This document shows positions 22,633 to 24,000 of a stretch of DNA of 24,000 bases, one piece after another (the first letter of the stretch is position 1; the number at the start of each line of letters is the position of its first letter). This stretch comes from Azospirillum sp. TSO22-1 (lineage in GTDB: Bacteria; Pseudomonadota; Alphaproteobacteria; Azospirillales; Azospirillaceae). The stretch covers positions 34,003-58,002 of the forward strand of contig NZ_LGQZ01000056.1 of the NCBI RefSeq assembly GCF_003116015.1. Reading direction: 5' to 3'. A program made the translations under genes and the position numbers. The notes below the pieces were generated by a model. That model searched no databases and had not been told where the DNA came from. It was given only the letters and a program-made list of their open reading frames with translations.

Positions 22633-23640
22633 ATGCTGGGACTGAGCCGCCGCCACCACTACATGCCGCGCATCGAGATGGGCCACGACGCCCACGTGCG
22701 CGGCCGCACCGCCGACACGCCCGAACAGATCCCCGCCAAGGGCTGGAAGGACATCCTCTGGCGCGTCTGGGAGGAGCAGTCGGAGGACAACATCTCGATG
22801 ATCGCCGCCGGCGTGGCGTATTACGCCATCCTGGCGCTGTTCCCGGCGATCGCCGCCGCGGTGTCGATCTACGGCTTGGTCGCCGACGCCGGCAGCATCG
22901 AGCGGCAGTTCGACACGCTCGCGGGCTTCCTGCCTGGCGACGCGCTGAAGGTTCTCAAGGATCAGGCGCACATGGTCGCCTCGCAGCCGAGCGGGGGGCT
23001 CAGCATCGGCGTCGTGGTCGGCCTGCTGTTCACGCTGTGGAGCGCATCGCGCGGCGTCAACGCGCTGATCGGGGCGCTCAACATCGCCTACGAGGAGCGG
23101 GAGAAGCGCGGCTACGTCAAGCTGGCGCTGCTCTCGGTGGTGCTGACGCTGGGCGGCATCCTGTTCCTGATCGTCACGCTGGCGGTCGTCGTCGTGGTGC
23201 CGACCATCCTGAACCTCGTGCCGCTGGGGCCGGTGTGGGAGTGGGCGGTCAGCCTGGCGCGCTGGCCGATCCTGGCGGTGGCGATCCTGGCGGCGCTGGC
23301 GGTGCTGTACCGCTACGCCCCGTCCCGCAACGAGCCGAAATGGCGCTGGGTCACCTGGGGTTCGGTGGCGGCGGGCGGCATCTGGCTGCTGGGCTCCATC
23401 GGCTTCTCGATCTACGTCTCGAACTTCGGCAACTACAACGAGGCGTACGGGTCGGTCGGCGCGGTGGTGATCCTGCTGCTGTGGCTGAACCTGACCGCCT
23501 ACGCCATCCTGCTCGGCGCCGAGCTGAACGCCGAGATGGAGCACCAGACCGCTAAGGACACCACCGACGCGCCCGACAAGCCCATGGGGCAGCGCGGCGC
23601 GAGGATGGCGGACACCATCGGCGAGAAGAAGACGGCGTAG
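22633..23640 (+). CDS. YihY/BrkB family membrane protein
   Basis: GWKDILWRVWEEQSEDNISMIAAGVAYYAILALFPAI... and the C-terminal YGSVGAVVILLLWLNLTAYAILLGAELNAE are family hallmarks. It starts 3 nt after the upstream gene, so the two probably form an operon. Confidence 0.9.
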   Translation: MLGLSRRHHYMPRIEMGHDAHVRGRTADTPEQIPAKGWKDILWRVWEEQSEDNISMIAAGVAYYAILALFPAIAAAVSIYGLVADAGSIERQFDTLAGFLPGDALKVLKDQAHMVASQPSGGLSIGVVVGLLFTLWSASRGVNALIGALNIAYEEREKRGYVKLALLSVVLTLGGILFLIVTLAVVVVVPTILNLVPLGPVWEWAVSLARWPILAVAILAALAVLYRYAPSRNEPKWRWVTWGSVAAGGIWLLGSIGFSIYVSNFGNYNEAYGSVGAVVILLLWLNLTAYAILLGAELNAEMEHQTAKDTTDAPDKPMGQRGARMADTIGEKKTA

Positions 23641-23722
23641 CCGGCAGCGTCACATCGCGCCGCTGACGCCGTCCCGGCTTCCCGCTATCCTGCCGGCAGT
23701 CCCGTGGGGGAGCCGTCCGGCG

Positions 23723-24000
23723 ATGATCGAGTTCTGGCACTGGTGGGTGATCGCCGTCGCGCTGGCGGTGGTCGAGATCTGGGCGCCCGGCGCGGCGTTC
23801 CTGTGGTTGGGCATCGCCGCCGGCGTGGTCGGCGTGGTGCTGCTGGTCTATCCCGGCCTGGGCTGGGAGGGGGAGTTGCTGCTGTTCGCGGCGCTCGCCA
23901 TCGCCGCGGTGCTGGCCGGACGCGCCATCTACCGCCGGGCCGGGCTGCACGCTGCGCCGAACCACCTGAACCGCCGGGCCGAGCAGTACATCGGCACCCT
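23723..24000 (+). CDS. NfeD-family membrane protein (partial; the 3' end lies beyond the window)
   Basis: This ORF is not in the track because it runs off the window. My own translation from ATG 23723 is MIEFWHWWVIAVALAVVEIWAPGAAFLWLGIAAGVVGVVLLVYPGLGWEGELLLFAALAIAAVLAGRAIYRR...NHLNRRAEQYIGT, which is the typical short NfeD layout. GGGGAG lies upstream. Confidence 0.8.
   Translation, partial: MIEFWHWWVIAVALAVVEIWAPGAAFLWLGIAAGVVGVVLLVYPGLGWEGELLLFAALAIAAVLAGRAIYRRAGLHAAPNHLNRRAEQYIGT

Overview
This is a very GC-rich (judged by eye, not computed), tightly packed chromosomal segment. The proteins look alphaproteobacterial, probably Rhodospirillales or Azospirillum-like, but that is a guess. 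I support about 28 protein genes. I see no rRNA, tRNA, CRISPR array, transposase or integrase.

Gene order:
- two polyamine ABC permeases, then agmatine deiminase
- a convergent secreted DUF3616 protein
- an AT-richer gap carrying a promoter plus terminator-like hairpin
- a small disordered ORF, then a DUF1345 membrane protein
- a convergent ElaA-type GNAT and an orphan ClpP paralogue
- a GT2 glycosyltransferase and a PHA-system small protein
- an orphan STAS protein
- a 130-aa ORF that reads like an amidohydrolase with its catalytic barrel missing
- an RND efflux pair (adaptor and pump; no outer-membrane factor or regulator nearby)
- a DUF559 nuclease gene framed by 43-bp inverted repeats
- bacteriohemerythrin, then a Fic-fold protein with a degenerate active site
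- an intergenic array of AATCCGTG repeats
- apt
- a 4-gene Mla/MCE-type lipid transporter (STAS-MlaE fusion, ATPase, MCE protein, lipoprotein)
- a His-rich cupin-like protein and a DUF2336 protein
- a TerC/YjbE membrane protein
- a DUF3618 and PA2169-type four-helix-bundle fusion, then YihY, behind an EcfG-type (GGAAC-N17-TGTT) promoter
- a partial NfeD gene at the right edge

Most of the window is ordinary housekeeping and envelope content, and no complete, clearly novel multi-gene system is evident. The best candidates for something undescribed are:
1. the DUF559 cassette with its terminal inverted hairpin repeats, which is analogous to REP/RAYT elements
2. the 8-mer repeat and 15-bp inverted-repeat structure between fic-like and apt
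3. the barrel-less amidohydrolase ORF
4. the degenerate Fic protein paired with hemerythrin
5. a possible small RNA or attenuator at 3830-3922

The many long ORFs antisense to real genes are high-GC artefacts.
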